This document shows, piece by piece, positions 1 to 14,866 of a DNA stretch of 64,000 bases. The stretch is taken from NCBI GenBank assembly GCA_030390025.1, contig CM059443.1:46190001-46254000 (forward strand), in the 5' to 3' direction. The DNA comes from Squalus acanthias. Taxonomy: Eukaryota. A model generated the notes under the pieces. It saw only the letters and a list, made by a program, of their open reading frames with translations, did not search any database and had not been told where the DNA came from. The stretch's first letter is position 1, and every line of letters begins with the position of its first letter. The translations under genes were made by a program, and so were the position numbers.

Positions 1-3000
1 CGACATCGCCCGCCATCCACATCGCCCTCCATCGACATCGCCCGCCATCGACATCGCCCTCCACCGACATCGCCCGCCATCCACATCGCCCGCCATCGAC
101 ATCGCCCGCCATCGACATCGCCCGCCATCGACATCGCCCGCCACTGACATCGCCCGCCATCGACATCGCCCTCCAGCGACATCGCCATCCATCGACATCG
201 CCCTCCATCGACATCGCCCTCCACCGACATCGCCCTCCACTGACATCGCCCGCCATCGACATCGCCCGCCATCGACATCGCCCGACACTGACATCGCCCT
301 CCACTGACATCGACATCGCCCGCAATCGACATCGCCCTCCACCGACATCGCCCTCCATCGACATCGCCCGCCACTGACATCGCCCGCCATCGACATCGCC
401 CTCCATCGACATCGCCCGCCATCGACATCGCCCTCCATCGACATCGCCCTCCATCGACATCGCCCTCCACTGACATCGACATCGCCCGCCATCGACATCG
501 CCCGCCATCGACATCGCCCTCCACCGACATCGCCCTCCACTGACATCGCCCGCCATCGACATCGCCCGCCATCGACATCGCCCGACACTGACATCGCCCT
601 CCACTGACATCGACATCGCCCGCCATCGACATCGCCCACCACTGACATCGCCCTCCATCGACATCGCCCTCCACCGACATCGCCCTCCATCGACATCGAC
701 ATCGCCCTCCATCGACATCGACATCGCCCGCCATCGACATCGACATCGCCCTCCATCGACATCGCCCTCCATCGACATCGCCCTCCATCGACATCGACAT
801 CGCCCTCCATCGACATCGACATCGCCCTCCATCGACATCGACATCGCCCGCCATCGACATCGACATCGCCCTCCATCGACATCGACATCGCCCTCCATCG
901 ACATCGCCCTCCACCGACATCGACATCGCCCTCCATCGACTTCGCCCTCCATCGACATCACCCGCCATCGACATCGCCCTCCATCGACATCGCCCGCCAT
1001 CGACATCGCCCTCCATCGACATCGCCCGCCATCGACATCGCCCGCCATCGACATCGCCCTCCATCGACATCGCCCTCCATCGACATCACCCGCCATCGAC
1101 ATCGCCCTCCATCGACATCGCCCGCCACCGACATCGCCCTCCATCGACATCGCACGCCACCGACATCGCCCTCCGCTAACATCGCCCTCCGCTAACATCG
1201 CCCTCCATCGACATCGCCCGCCACCGAAATCGCCCGCCATCGACATCGCCCGCCATCGACATCGCCCTCCATCCACATCGCCCTCCATCGACATCGCCCT
1301 CCACCGACATCGGCCTCCATCGACATCACCCACCATCGCCATCGCCCTCCATCGACATCGCCCGCCATCGACATCGCCCGCCATCGACATCACCCGCCAT
1401 CGACATCGCCCTCCATCGACATCGGCCGCCATCGACATCGCCCGCCATTGACATCGCCCTCCATCGACATCGCCCTCCATCGACATCGCCCTCCATCGAT
1501 AGCGCCCGCCATCGACATCACCCTCCACTGACATCGCCCGCCATCGACATCGCCCTCCACCGACATCGCCCGCCACTGACATCGCCATCGCCCTCCATCG
1601 CCATCGCCCTCCACCGACATCGCCCTCCATCGACATCGCCCTCCATCGACATCCCCCTCCACTGACATCGCCCTCCATCGACATCGCCCTCCACTGACAT
1701 CGCCCTCCATCGACATCGCCCTCCACTGACATCGCCCTCCATCGACATCGCCCTCCACTGACATCGCCCGCCACCGACATCGCCCTCCATCGACATCGCC
1801 CACCACTGACATCGCCCTCCACTGACATCGCCCGCCACCGACATCGCCCTCCATCGACATCACCCTCCATCGACATCGCCCTCCATCGACATCGCCCGCC
1901 ATCGACATCGCCCTCCACCGACATCGCCCTCCACCGACATCGCCCTCCATCGACATCGCCCTCCACTGACATCGCCCTCCATCGACATCGCCCTCCATCG
2001 ACATCGCCCTCCATCCACATCGCCCTCCACTGACATCGCCCTCCATCGACATCACCCTCCACTGACATCGCCCTCCACTGACATCGCCTTCCATCGACAT
2101 CGCCCTCCACTGACATCACCCTCCATCGACATCACCCTCCATCGACATCGCCCTCCATCGACATCGCCCTCCATCCACATCGCCCTCCATCGACATCGCC
2201 CTCCACCGACATCGTCCTCCACCGACATCGCCCTCCACCGACATCGCCCGCCATCGACATCGCCCTCCATCGACATCGCCCGCGATCGACATCGCCCACC
2301 ATCGACATGGCCCGCCATCGACATCGCCCTCCATCGACATCGCCCTCCATCGACATCGCCCGGCATCTACATCGCCCACCATCGACATCGCCCTCCATCG
2401 ACATCGCCCGCCTTCGACATCGCCCACCATCGACATCACCCGCCATCCACATCGCCCTCCACCGACATCGCCCTCCACCGACATCGCCCGCCATCGACAT
2501 CGCCCTCCTTCGACATCGCCCGCCATCGACATCGCCCTCCATCGACATCGCCCGCCATCGACATCGCCCACCATCGACCTCGCCCTCCATCGACATCGCC
2601 CGCCATCGACATCGCCCACCATCGACATCGCCCGCCATCGACATCGCCCTCCATCGACATCGCCCGCCAACGACATCACCCTCCATCGACATTGCCCTCC
2701 ACTGACATCGCCCTCCACCTACATCCCCCTCCACTGACATCGCCCTCCATCGACATCGCCCGCCAACGACATCACCCTCCATCGACATTGCCCTCCACTG
2801 ACATCGCCCTCCACCGACATCCCCCTCCACTGACATCGCCCTCCATCGACATCGCCCTCCACTGACATCGCCCGCCATCCACATCGCCCTCCATCGACAT
2901 CACCCTCCATCGACATTGCCCTCCACTGACATCGCCCTCCATCGACATCGCCCTCCACTGACATCGCCCTCCATCCACATCGCCCTCCATCGACATCGCC

Positions 3001-6000
3001 CTCCACTGACATCGCCCTCCATCCACATCGCCCTCCATCGACATCCCCCTCCACTGACATCGCCCTCCATCCACATCGCCCGCCACTGACATCGCCCTCC
3101 ATCGACAACGCCCTCCATCGACATCGCCCTCCATCGACATCGCCCGCCATCGACATCGCCCTCCATCGACATCGCCCTCCACCGACATCGCCCTCCACTG
3201 ACATCGCCCTCCATCGACATCGCCCGCCATCGACATCGCCCTCCATCGACTTCGCCCTCCATCGACATCGCCCGCCATCGACATCGCCCTCCATCGACAT
3301 CGCCCTCTATTGACATCGACATCGCCCGCCATCGACATCGCCCGCCATCGACATCGCCCTCCACTGACATCGCCCTCCACTGCCATCGCCCGCCATCGAC
3401 ATCGCCCTCCATCGACATCGCCCGCCATCGACATCGCCCTCCACCGCCATCGCCCGCCATCGACATCGCCCTCCATCGACATCGCCTGCCATCGACATCG
3501 CCCTCCATCGACATCGCCCGCCACTGACATCGCCCGCCATCGACATCGCCCGCCATCGACATCGCCCGCCATCGACATCGCCCACCACTGACATCGCCCT
3601 CCACCGACATCGCCCGCCACTGACATCGCCCTCCATCGACATCGCCCGCCATCGACATCGCCCGCCATCCACATCGCCCTCCATCGACATCGCCCTCCAC
3701 TGACATCGCCCTCCACTGACATCGACATCGCCCGCCATCGACATCGCCCGCCATCGACATCGCCCACCACTGACATCACCCGCCAACGACATCGCCCACC
3801 AGTGACATCACACGCCACCGACATTGCCCTCCACCGACATCGCCCGCCATCCACATCGCCCGCCACCGACATCGCCCGCCACTGACATCGCCCGCCATCG
3901 ACATCGCCCACCACTGACATCGCCCGCCATCCACATCGCCCGCCACCGACATCGCCCGCCATCCACATCGCCCTCCATCGACATCGCCCGCCATCGACAT
4001 CGCCCTCCACCGACATCGCCCGCCATCCACATCGCCCGCCATCCACATCGCCCGCCATCGACATCGCCCGCCATCGACATCGCCCGCCATCGACATCGCC
4101 CGCCACTGACATCGCCCGCCATCGACATCGCCCTCCAACGACATCGCCATCCATCGACATCGCCCTCCACCGACATCGCCCTCCACTGACATCGCCCGCC
4201 ATCGACATCGCCCGCCATCGACATCGCCCGACACTGACATCGCCCTCCACTGACATCGACATCGCCCGCAATCGACATCGCCCTCCACCGACATCGCCCT
4301 CCATCGACATCGCCCGCCACTGACATCGCCCGCCATCGACATCGCCCTCCATCGACATCGCCCTCCATCGACATCGCCCTCCATCGACATCGCCCTCCAC
4401 TGACATCGACATCGCCCGCCATCGACATCGCCCGCCATCGACATCGCCCTCCACCGACATCGCCCTCCACTGACATCGCCCGCCATCGACATCGCCCGCC
4501 ATCGACATCGCCCGACACTGACATCGCCCTCCACTGACATCGACATCGCCCGCCATCGACATCGCCCACCACTGACATCGCCCGCCAACGACATCACCCG
4601 CCACCGACATTGCCCTCCACCTACATCGCCCGCCATCGACATCGCCCACCACTGACATCGCCCGCCATCCACATCGCCCTCCACCGACATCGCCCGCCAT
4701 CGACATCGCCCGCCATCGACATCGCCCTCCATCCACAAAGCCCGCCAGTGACATCGCCCGCCATCGACATCGCCCGCCATCGACATCGCCCTCCATCCAC
4801 ATCGCCCACCACTGACATCGCCCGCCATCCACATCGCCCGCCATCCACATCGCCCTCCATCCACATCGCCCTCCACCGACATCGCCCGCCATCCACATCG
4901 CCCGCCATCCACATCGCCCTCCACTGACATCGCCCGCCATCGACATCGCCCGCCATCGACATCGCCCGCCACTGACATCGCCCTCCACTGACATCGCCCG
5001 CCATCGACATCGCCCTCCATCGACATCGCCCGCCATCGACATCGCCCGCCATCGACATCGCCCTCCATCGACATCCCCCTCCACCGACATCGCCCTCCAT
5101 CCACATCGCCCGCCACTGACATTGCCCTCCACTGACATCGCCCGCCATCGACATCGCCCTCCATCGACATCGCCCGCCATCGACATCGTGCGCCATCGAC
5201 ATCGCCCTCCATCGACATCCCCCTCCATCGACATCGCCCTCCATCGACATCGCCCTCCACCGACATCGCCCTCCATCGACATCGACATCGCCCTCCATCG
5301 ACATCGACATCGCCCGCCATCGACATCGACATCGCCCTCCATCGACATCGCCCTCCATCGACATCGCCCTCCATCGACATCGACATCGCCCTCCATCGAC
5401 ATCGACATCGCCCTCCATCGACATCGACATCGCCCGCCATCGACATCGACATCGCCCTCCATCGACATCGACATCGCCCTCCATCGACATCGCCCTCCAC
5501 CGACATCGACATCGCCCTCCATCGACTTCGCCCTCCATCGACATCACCCGCCATCGACATCGCCCTCCATCGACATCGCCCGCCATCGACATCGCCCTCC
5601 ATCGACATCGCCCGCCATCGACATCGCCCGCCATCGACATCGCCCTCCATCGACATCGCCCTCCATCGACATCACCCGCCATCGACATCGCCCTCCATCG
5701 ACATCGCCCGCCACCGACATCGCCCTCCATCGACATCGCACGCCACCGACATCGCCCTCCGCTAACATCGCCCTCCGCTAACATCGCCCTCCATCGACAT
5801 CGCCCGCCACCGAAATCGCCCGCCATCGACATCGCCCGCCATCGACATCGCCCTCCATCCACATCGCCCTCCATCGACATCGCCCTCCACCGACATCGGC
5901 CTCCATCGACATCACCCACCATCGCCATCGCCCTCCATCGACATCGCCCGCCATCGACATCGCCCGCCATCGACATCACCCGCCATCGACATCGCCCTCC

Positions 6001-9000
6001 ATCGACATCGGCCGCCATCGACATCGCCCGCCATTGACATCGCCCTCCATCAACATCGCCCTCCATCGACATCGCCCTCCATCGATAGCGCCCGCCATCG
6101 ACATCACCCTCCACTGACATCGCCCGCCATCGACATCGCCCTCCACCGACATCGCCCGCCACTGACATCGCCATCGCCCTCCATCGCCATCGCCCTCCAC
6201 CGACATCGCCCTCCATCGACATCGCCCTCCATCGACATCCCCCTCCACTGACATCGCCCTCCATCGACATCGCCCTCCACTGACATCGCCCTCCATCGAC
6301 ATCGCCCTCCACTGACATCGCCCTCCATCGACATCGCCCTCCACTGACATCGCCCGCCACCGACATCGCCCTCCATCGACATCGCCCAGCACTGACATCG
6401 CCCTCCACTGACATCGCCCGCCACCGACATCGCCCTCCATCGACATCACCCTCCATCGACATCGCCCTCCATCGACATCGCCCGCCATCGACATCGCCCT
6501 CCACCGACATCGCCCTCCACCGACATCGCCCTCCATCGACATCGCCCTCCACTGACATCGCCCTCCATCGACATCGCCCTCCATCGACATCGCCCTCCAT
6601 CCACATCGCCCTCCACTGACATCGCCCTCCATCGACATCACCCTCCACTGACATCGCCCTCCACTGACATCGCCTTCCATCGACATCGCCCTCCACTGAC
6701 ATCACCCTCCATCGACATCACCCTCCATCGACATCGCCCTCCATCGACATCGCCCTCCATCCACATCGCCCTCCATCGACATCGCCCTCCACCGACATCG
6801 TCCTCCACCGACATCGCCCTCCACCGACATCGCCCGCCATCGACATCGCCCTCCATCGACATCGCCCGCGATCGACATCGCCCACCATCGACATGGCCCG
6901 CCATCGACATCGCCCTCCATCGACATCGCCCTCCATCGACATCGCCCGGCATCTACATCGCCCACCATCGACATCGCCCTCCATCGACATCGCCCGCCTT
7001 CGACATCGCCCACCATCGACATCACCCGCCATCCACATCGCCCTCCACCGACATCGCCCTCCACCGACATCGCCCGCCATCGACATCGCCCTCCTTCGAC
7101 ATCGCCCGCCATCGACATCGCCCTCCATCGACATCGCCCGCCATCGACATCGCCCACCATCGACCTCGCCCTCCATCGACATCGCCCGCCATCGACATCG
7201 CCCACCATCGACATCGCCCGCCATCGACATCGCCCTCCATCGACATCGCCCGCCAACGACATCACCCTCCATCGACATTGCCCTCCACTGACATCGCCCT
7301 CCACCTACATCCCCCTCCACTGACATCGCCCTCCATCGACATCGCCCGCCAACGACATCACCCTCCATCGACATTGCCCTCCACTGACATCGCCCTCCAC
7401 CGACATCCCCCTCCACTGACATCGCCCTCCATCGACATCGCCCTCCACTGACATCGCCCGCCATCCACATCGCCCTCCATCGACATCACCCTCCATCGAC
7501 ATTGCCCTCCACTGACATCGCCCTCCATCGACATCGCCCTCCACTGACATCGCCCTCCATCCACATCGCCCTCCATCGACATCGCCCTCCACTGACATCG
7601 CCCTCCATCCACATCGCCCTCCATCGACATCCCCCTCCACTGACATCGCCCTCCATCCACATCGCCCGCCACTGACATCGCCCTCCATCGACAACGCCCT
7701 CCATCGACATCGCCCTCCATCGACATCGCCCGCCATCGACATCGCCCTCCATCGACATCGCCCTCCACCGACATCGCCCTCCACTGACATCGCCCTCCAT
7801 CGACATCGCCCGCCATCGACATCGCCCTCCATCGACTTCGCCCTCCATCGACATCGCCCGCCATCGACATCGCCCTCCACTGACATCGCCCTCCACTGCC
7901 ATCGCCCTCCATCGACATCGCCTGCCATCGACATCGCCCTCCATCGACATCGCCCGCCACTGACATCGCCCGCCATCGACATCGCCCGCCATCGACATCG
8001 CCCGCCATCGACATCGCCCACCACTGACATCGCCCTCCACCGACATCGCCCGCCACTGACATCGCCCTCCATCGACATCGCCCGCCATCGACATCGCCCG
8101 CCATCCACATCGCCCTCCATCGACATCGCCCTCCACTGACATCGCCCTCCACTGACATCGACATCGCCCGCCATCGACATCGCCCGCCATCGACATCGCC
8201 CACCACTGACATCACCCGCCAACGACATCGCCCACCAGTGACATCACACGCCACCGACATTGCCCTCCACCGACATCGCCCGCCATCCACATCGCCCGCC
8301 ACCGACATCGCCCGCCACTGACATCGCCCGCCATCGACATCGCCCACCACTGACATCGCCCGCCATCCACATCGCCCGCCACCGACATCGCCCGCCATCC
8401 ACATCGCCCTCCATCGACATCGCCCGCCATCGACATCGCCCTCCACCGACATCGCCCGCCATCCACATCGCCCGCCATCCACATCGCCCGCCATCGACAT
8501 CGCCCGCCATCGACATCGCCCGCCATCGACATCGCCCGCCACTGACATCGCCCGCCATCGACATCGCCCTCCAGCGACATCGCCATCCATCGACATCGCC
8601 CTCCATCGACATCGCCCTCCACCGACATCGCCCTCCACTGACATCGCCCGCCATCGACATCGCCCGCCATCGACATCGCCCGACACTGACATCGCCCTCC
8701 ACTGACATCGACATCGCCCGCAATCGACATCGCCCTCCACCGACATCGCCCTCCATCGACATCGCCCGCCACTGACATCGCCCGCCATCGACATCGCCCT
8801 CCATCGACATCGCCCGCCATCGACATCGCCCTCCATCGACATCGCCCTCCATCGACATCGCCCTCCACTGACATCGACATCGCCCGCCATCGACATCGCC
8901 CGCCATCGACATCGCCCTCCACCGACATCGCCCTCCACTGACATCGCCCGCCATCGACATCGCCCGCCATCGACATCGCCCGACACTGACATCGCCCTCC

Positions 9001-12000
9001 ACTGACATCGACATCGCCCGCCATCGACATCGCCCACCACTGACATCGCCCGCCAACGACATCACCCGCCACCGACATTGCCCTCCACCTACATCGCCCG
9101 CCATCGACATCGCCCACCACTGACATCACCCGCCACCGACATTGCCCTCCACCGACATCGCCCTCCACCGACATCGCCCGCCATCCACATCGCCCGCCAT
9201 CGACATCGCCCTCCATCAACATCGCCCGCCATCGACATCGCCCACCACTGACATCGCCCGCCATCCACATCGCCCTCCACCGACATCGCCCGCCATCGAC
9301 ATCGCCCGCCATCGACATCGCCCTCCATCCACAAAGCCCGCCAGTGACATCGCCCGCCATCGACATCGCCCGCCATCGACATCGCCCTCCATCCACATCG
9401 CCCACCACTGACATCGCCCGCCATCCACATCGCCCGCCATCCACATCGCCCTCCATCCACATCGCCCTCCACCGACATCGCCCGCCATCCACATCGCCCG
9501 CCATCCACATCGCCCTCCACTGACATCGCCCGCCATCGACATCGCCCGCCATCGACATCGCCCGCCACTGACATCGCCCTCCACTGACATCGCCCGCCAT
9601 CGACATCGCCCTCCATCGACATCGCCCGCCATCGACATCGCCCGCCATCGACATCGCCCTCCATCGACATCCCCCTCCACTGACATCGCCCTCCATCCAC
9701 ATCGCCCGCCACTGACATTGCCCTCCACTGACATCGCCCGCCATCGACATCGCCCTCCATCGACATCGCCCGCCATCGACATCGTGCGCCATCGACATCG
9801 CCCTCCATCGACATCCCCCTCCATCGACATCGCCCTCCATCCACATCGCCCTCCACTGACATCGCCCTCCATCGACATCGCCCTCCATCGACATCGCCCT
9901 GCACCGACATCGCCCTCCACTGCCATCGCCCGCCATCGACATCGCCCTCCACCGACATCGCCCTCCATCGACATCGCCCTCCATCGACATCGCCCTCCAT
10001 CGACATCGCCCTCCATCGACATCGCCCGCCATCGACATCGCCCGACACTGACATCGCCCTCCACTGACATCGACATCGCCCGCCACTGACATCGCCCGCC
10101 ATCGACATCGCCCTCCACTGACATCGCCCTCCACCGACATCGCCCGCCACTGACATCACCCGCCATCGACATCGCCCGCCATCCACATCGCCCTCCACTG
10201 ACATCGCCCTCCACTGACATCGACATCGCCCGCCATCGACATCGCCCGCCATCGACATCGCCCACAACTGACATCACCCGCCATCGACATCGCCCTCCAC
10301 CGACATCGCCCTCCATCGACATCGCCCTCCACTGACATCGCCCTCCATCGACATCGCCCTCCATCGACATCACCCGCCATCGACATCGCCCTCCACTGAC
10401 ATCGCCCTCCATCGACATCGCCCTCCATCGACATCGCCCTCCATCGACATCGCCCGCCATCGACATCGCCCTCCATCGACATCGCCCGCCATCGACATCG
10501 CCCGCCATCGACATCGCCCTCCACCGACTTCGCCCTCCATCGACATCGCCCGCCACTGACATCGCCCGCCATCGACATCGCCCGCCATCGACATCGCCCT
10601 CCACTGACATCGCCCTCCACCGACATCGCCCGCCACTGACATCGCCCGCCATCGACATCGCCCGCCATCCACATCGCCCTCCATCGACATCGCCCTCCAC
10701 TGACATCACCCGCCAACGACATCACCCTCCACTGACATCGCCCTCCATCCACATCGCCCTCCATCGACATCGCCCTCCATCGACATCGCCCTCCATCGAC
10801 ATCGCCCGCCATCGACATCGCCCTCCACCGACATCGCCCTCCACCGACATCGCCTGCCATCCACATCGCCCGCCATCCACATCGCCCTCCACCGACATCG
10901 CCCGCCATCCACATCGCCCTCCACTGACATCGCCCGCCATCGACCTCGCCCTCCATCGACATCGCCCTCCATCGACATCGCCCGCCATCGACATCGCCCT
11001 CCACCTACATCGCCCTCCACCGACATCGCCCTCCACCGACATCGCCCGCCATCCACATCGCCCTCCACTGACATCGCCCGCCATCGACATCGCCCGCCAT
11101 CGACATCGCCCGCCATCGACATCGCCCGCCATCGACATCGCCCTCCACTGACATCGCCCGCCACTGACATTGCCCGCCATCGACATGGCCCTCCATCGAC
11201 ATCGCCCGCCATCCACATCGCCCTCCATCGACATTGCCCGCCATCGACATCGCCCGCCATCGACATCGCCCTCCATCGACATCGCCCTCCATCGACATCG
11301 CCCTCCATCCACATCGCCCGCCACTGACATCGCCCTCCATCGACATCGCCCTCCATCGACATCGCCCTCCACTGCCATCGCCCGCCATCGACATCGCCCT
11401 CCACCGACATCGCCCTCCATCGACATCGCCCTCCACTGACATCGCCCTCCATCGACATCGCCCTCCATCGACATCGCCCTCCATCGATATCACCCGCCAT
11501 CGACATCGCCCGCCATCGACATCGCCCGCCACTGACATCGCCCTCCATCGACATCGCCCTCCATCGACATCACCCGCCATCGACATCGTCCGCCATCGAC
11601 ATCGCCCGCCACTGACATCGCCCTCCATCGACATCGCCCGCCATCGACATCGACCGCCACTGACATCGCCCTCCACCAACATCGCCCTCCACCGACATCG
11701 CCCGCCATCCACATCGCCCTCCATCGACATCGCCCTCCATCGACATCCCCCTCCACTGACATCGCCCTCCATCCACATCGCCCTCCATCGACATCGCCCT
11801 CCATCGACATCGCCCTCCACTGACATCGCCCTCCATCCACATCGCCCGCCACTGACATCGCCCGCCACTGACATCGCCCTCCATCGATATCCCCCTCCAC
11901 TGACATCGCCCGCCACTGACATCGCCCGCCATCGACATCGCCCGCCATCGACATCGCCCTCCACTGACATCACCCTCCATCGACATCGCCCTCCAATGAC

Positions 12001-13157
12001 ATCGCCCGCCATCGACATCGCCCTCCACCGACATCGCCCTCCATCGACATCGCCCTCCAATGACATCGCCCGCCATCGACATCGCCCTCCACCGACATCG
12101 CCCTCCATCGACATCGCGCTCCACTGACATCGCCCTCCATCGACATCGCGCTCCACTGACATCGCCCTCCACCGACATCGCCCTCCACTGACATCGCCCT
12201 CCACCGACATCGCCCTCCATCGAAATCGCCCTCCATCGACATCGCCCTCCATCGACATCCCCCTCCACTGACATCGCCCTCCATCGACATCGCCCGCCAT
12301 CGACATCGCCCTCCATCGACATCGCCCGCCATCGACATCGCCCACCATCGACATCGCCCTCCATCGACATCGCCCGCCATCGACATCGCCCTCCACCGAC
12401 ATCGCCCGCCATCGACATCGCCCTCCATCGACATCGCCCGCCATCGACATCGCCCTCCACCGACATCGCCCGCCATCGACATCGCCCGCCATCGACATCG
12501 CCCTCCATCGACATCGCCCGCCATCGACATCGCCCACCATCGACATCGCCCTCCATCGACATCGCCCGCCATCGACATCGCCCTCCACCGACATCGCCCG
12601 CCATCGACATCGCCCTCCACCGACATCGCCCGCCATCGACATCGCCCGCCATCGACATCGCCCGCCATCGACATCGCCCTCCATCCACATCGCCCTCCAT
12701 CGACATCGCCCTCCATCGACATCGCCCTCCATCGACATCGCCTACCATCGACATCGCCTACCATCGACATCGCCCGCCATCGACATCGCCTACCATCGAC
12801 ATCGCCCTCCACCGACATCGCCCTCCACCTACATCGCCCTCCACCGACATCGCCCTCCACCTACATCGCCCTCCACTGACATCGCCCTCCACCTACATCG
12901 CCCTCCACTGACATCGCCCTCCACCTACATCGCCCGCCACCGACATCCCCCTCCACTGACATCGCCCGCCACCGACATCGCCCGCCATCGCCCGCCACCG
13001 ACATTGCCCGCCATCGACATCGCCCACCATCGACATCGCCCGCCATCGACATCGCCCTCCACCTACATCGCCCGCCACCGACATCACCCTCCACTGACAT
13101 CGCCCGCCACCGATATCGCCCGCCATCGCCCGCCACCGACATTGCCCGCCATCGACA
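1..13157. repeat. 16-bp tandem satellite, consensus CGACATCGCCC(T/G)CCA(T/C), with ~4.6 kb higher-order repeat; runs off the 5' window edge
   Basis: Continuous 16-bp periodicity with occasional 22-bp units (extra GACATC). Rare variants recur 4586 bp apart (GCTAAC at 1175 and 5761; identical ORF-track entries at 958/5544, 2307/6893). Confidence 0.98.
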
Positions 13158-13580
13158 CGCCGAGGTAAGTAAAATCGCAGCCTTTGTTTGTTGATCCATT
13201 AGGTTAACACCTGTTTAGCCTGAGCTTACTGGTTTTAGGAATGTATTTATCCTGCATGCTCAACATTAATCCTTTAAAGGTGCTCCCGTTCTCCTCTATG
13301 GAGGATTTGTTGAACAACCTTCCCCAAACAATAAGCTTAAGTTGCTCCTTTCTTTGAAATGAGCCCTTCTGATGTTATATACCTGGCTCCCAATCGTTGG
13401 TATTGTACACACTCTGTGTAAGGAAATACTTCCTGACATTTGTCCTAATTTTTTTTTAAATTCACCTCTGGATGTGAGCGTTGCTGGAAAGGCCACAAAT
13501 ATTGGCCATCCTAAGCTTCCCTGATAAGGTGGTGGTAGGCTTTCTTCTCGAACCATTGCAGTCCATGTGGTCCGTGCAGT

Positions 13581-13961
13581 CTATGAGGAGAGATTGAGTA
13601 GACTAGGCCTATATTCTCTAGAGTTTAGAAGAATGAGAGGTGATCTCATTGAAACATACAAAATTCTTACAGGGCTTGACAGGGTAGATGCAGGGAGGAT
13701 GTTTCCCCTGGCTGGGGAGTCTAGAACCAGGGGTCACAGTCTCAGAATAAGGGGTCGGCCATTTAGAACTGAGATGAGGAGACATTTCTTCACTCAGAGG
13801 GTGGTGAATCTTTGCAATTCTCTGCCCCAGAGGGCTGTGGAGGCTCAGTCCTTGAGTATATTCAAGATAGAGATTGATAGATTTTTGGATATTAAGGGAA
13901 TCAAGGGATATGGGGATAATGCAGGAAAGTGGAGATGAGGTAGAAGATCAGCCATGATCTT
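13581..13961 (+). mobile_element. CR1-type LINE 3' fragment (ORF2 C-terminus + 3' UTR), left half, split by the provirus
   Basis: Translates [29 protein letters not shown]...FFTQRVVNL, typical of the CR1 ORF2 C-terminus; 3' UTR GATCAGCCATGATCT breaks at the LTR. Confidence 0.92.
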
Positions 13962-14217
13962 TGTAACCGGTTTCTGCGGTGGCCAATTTCCTATGGGCCC
14001 TGCCGCAATCGCCAATTATTGTAAGTGGTTTCGCCCCGCCCGTAGCGAGCACGCAAACCCCCTTACTACAAGTTCTGGACGACAGGGATTACTGAGGACA
14101 AATTGGAACACGGACAGCGTTTTCGGGCTCACCCGTACAGTGTTTATTAAGGTTGACAAAAACCACTCCACTCACATACAGTACGAGCGGTGTGAACACA
14201 ACAGTACAGTTTAAAAC

Positions 14218-14645
14218 ATAGAAACATAGAATCTAGGAGCAGGAGTAGGCCATTCGGCCCGTCGAGCCTGCTCCACCATTCAATACGATCATGGCTGATC
14301 ATCCAAATCCAGTACCCTGTCCCTGCTTTAATCCCCACAGTACACATATCCCACCCTACCCCCACGTATTTAATTCCCCCTAACATATCCCATCCTATCC
14401 CCATAACCCCACATATTTAATCCCCCCCCCCTAACAACTAAGGGTCAATTTATCATAGCCAAATCAACCTAACCCCACGCATTTTTGGACTGTGGGAGGA
14501 AACCGGAGCACCCGGAGGAAACCCACGCAGACATGGGGAGAATGTGCAAACTCCACACAGACAGTCACCCGAGGTCAGAATTGAACCCGGGTCCCTGGCG
14601 CTGTGAAACACCAGTGCTAACCACTATGCCACCGTGTTGCCGTGC
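14218..14645 (-). mobile_element. HE1-like (V-domain) tRNA-derived SINE inserted in the 3' LTR
   Basis: Core TTTGGACTGTGGGAGGAAACCGGAGCACCCGGAGGAAACCCACGCAGAC, tRNA-like head (GAACCCGGGTCCCTGGCGCTG) and CR1-like tail; absent from the 5' LTR. Confidence 0.85.
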
Positions 14646-14658
14646 AATAGCAGTACAA

Positions 14659-14866
14659 TAGCAAAATACTGCGAATGCTGGAAATCAGAAATAACAACAG
14701 AAAACGCTGGAAAAACTCAGCAGGCCAGGCAGCATCCGTGGAGAGAGAAAGAGAGTTAACGTTTCAGGCCGACGAAGGGTTTCGACCTGAAACGTTAACT
14801 CTCTTTCTCTCTCCACGGATGTTGCCTGGCCTGCTGAGTTTTTCCAGCGTTTTCTGTTGTTATTAA
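14659..14866. mobile_element. Short palindromic non-autonomous element (probably Penelope-derived) inserted in the 3' LTR
   Basis: ~79-bp inverted arms (14690-14768 / 14786-14864); 10-bp direct repeat AGCAGTACAA at 14649-14658 and 14867-14876; degenerate hammerhead-like CCGACGAAGGG...CCTGAAACGTT at the centre. Confidence 0.7.

Noticed and set aside
958-13199. Dozens of long ORFs (up to 916 aa) such as MSMEGDVDGGRCRWRA repeats
   Set aside because: Artefact of a 16-bp unit lacking stops: three units give the same 16-aa cycle in all frames, and there is no unique domain.
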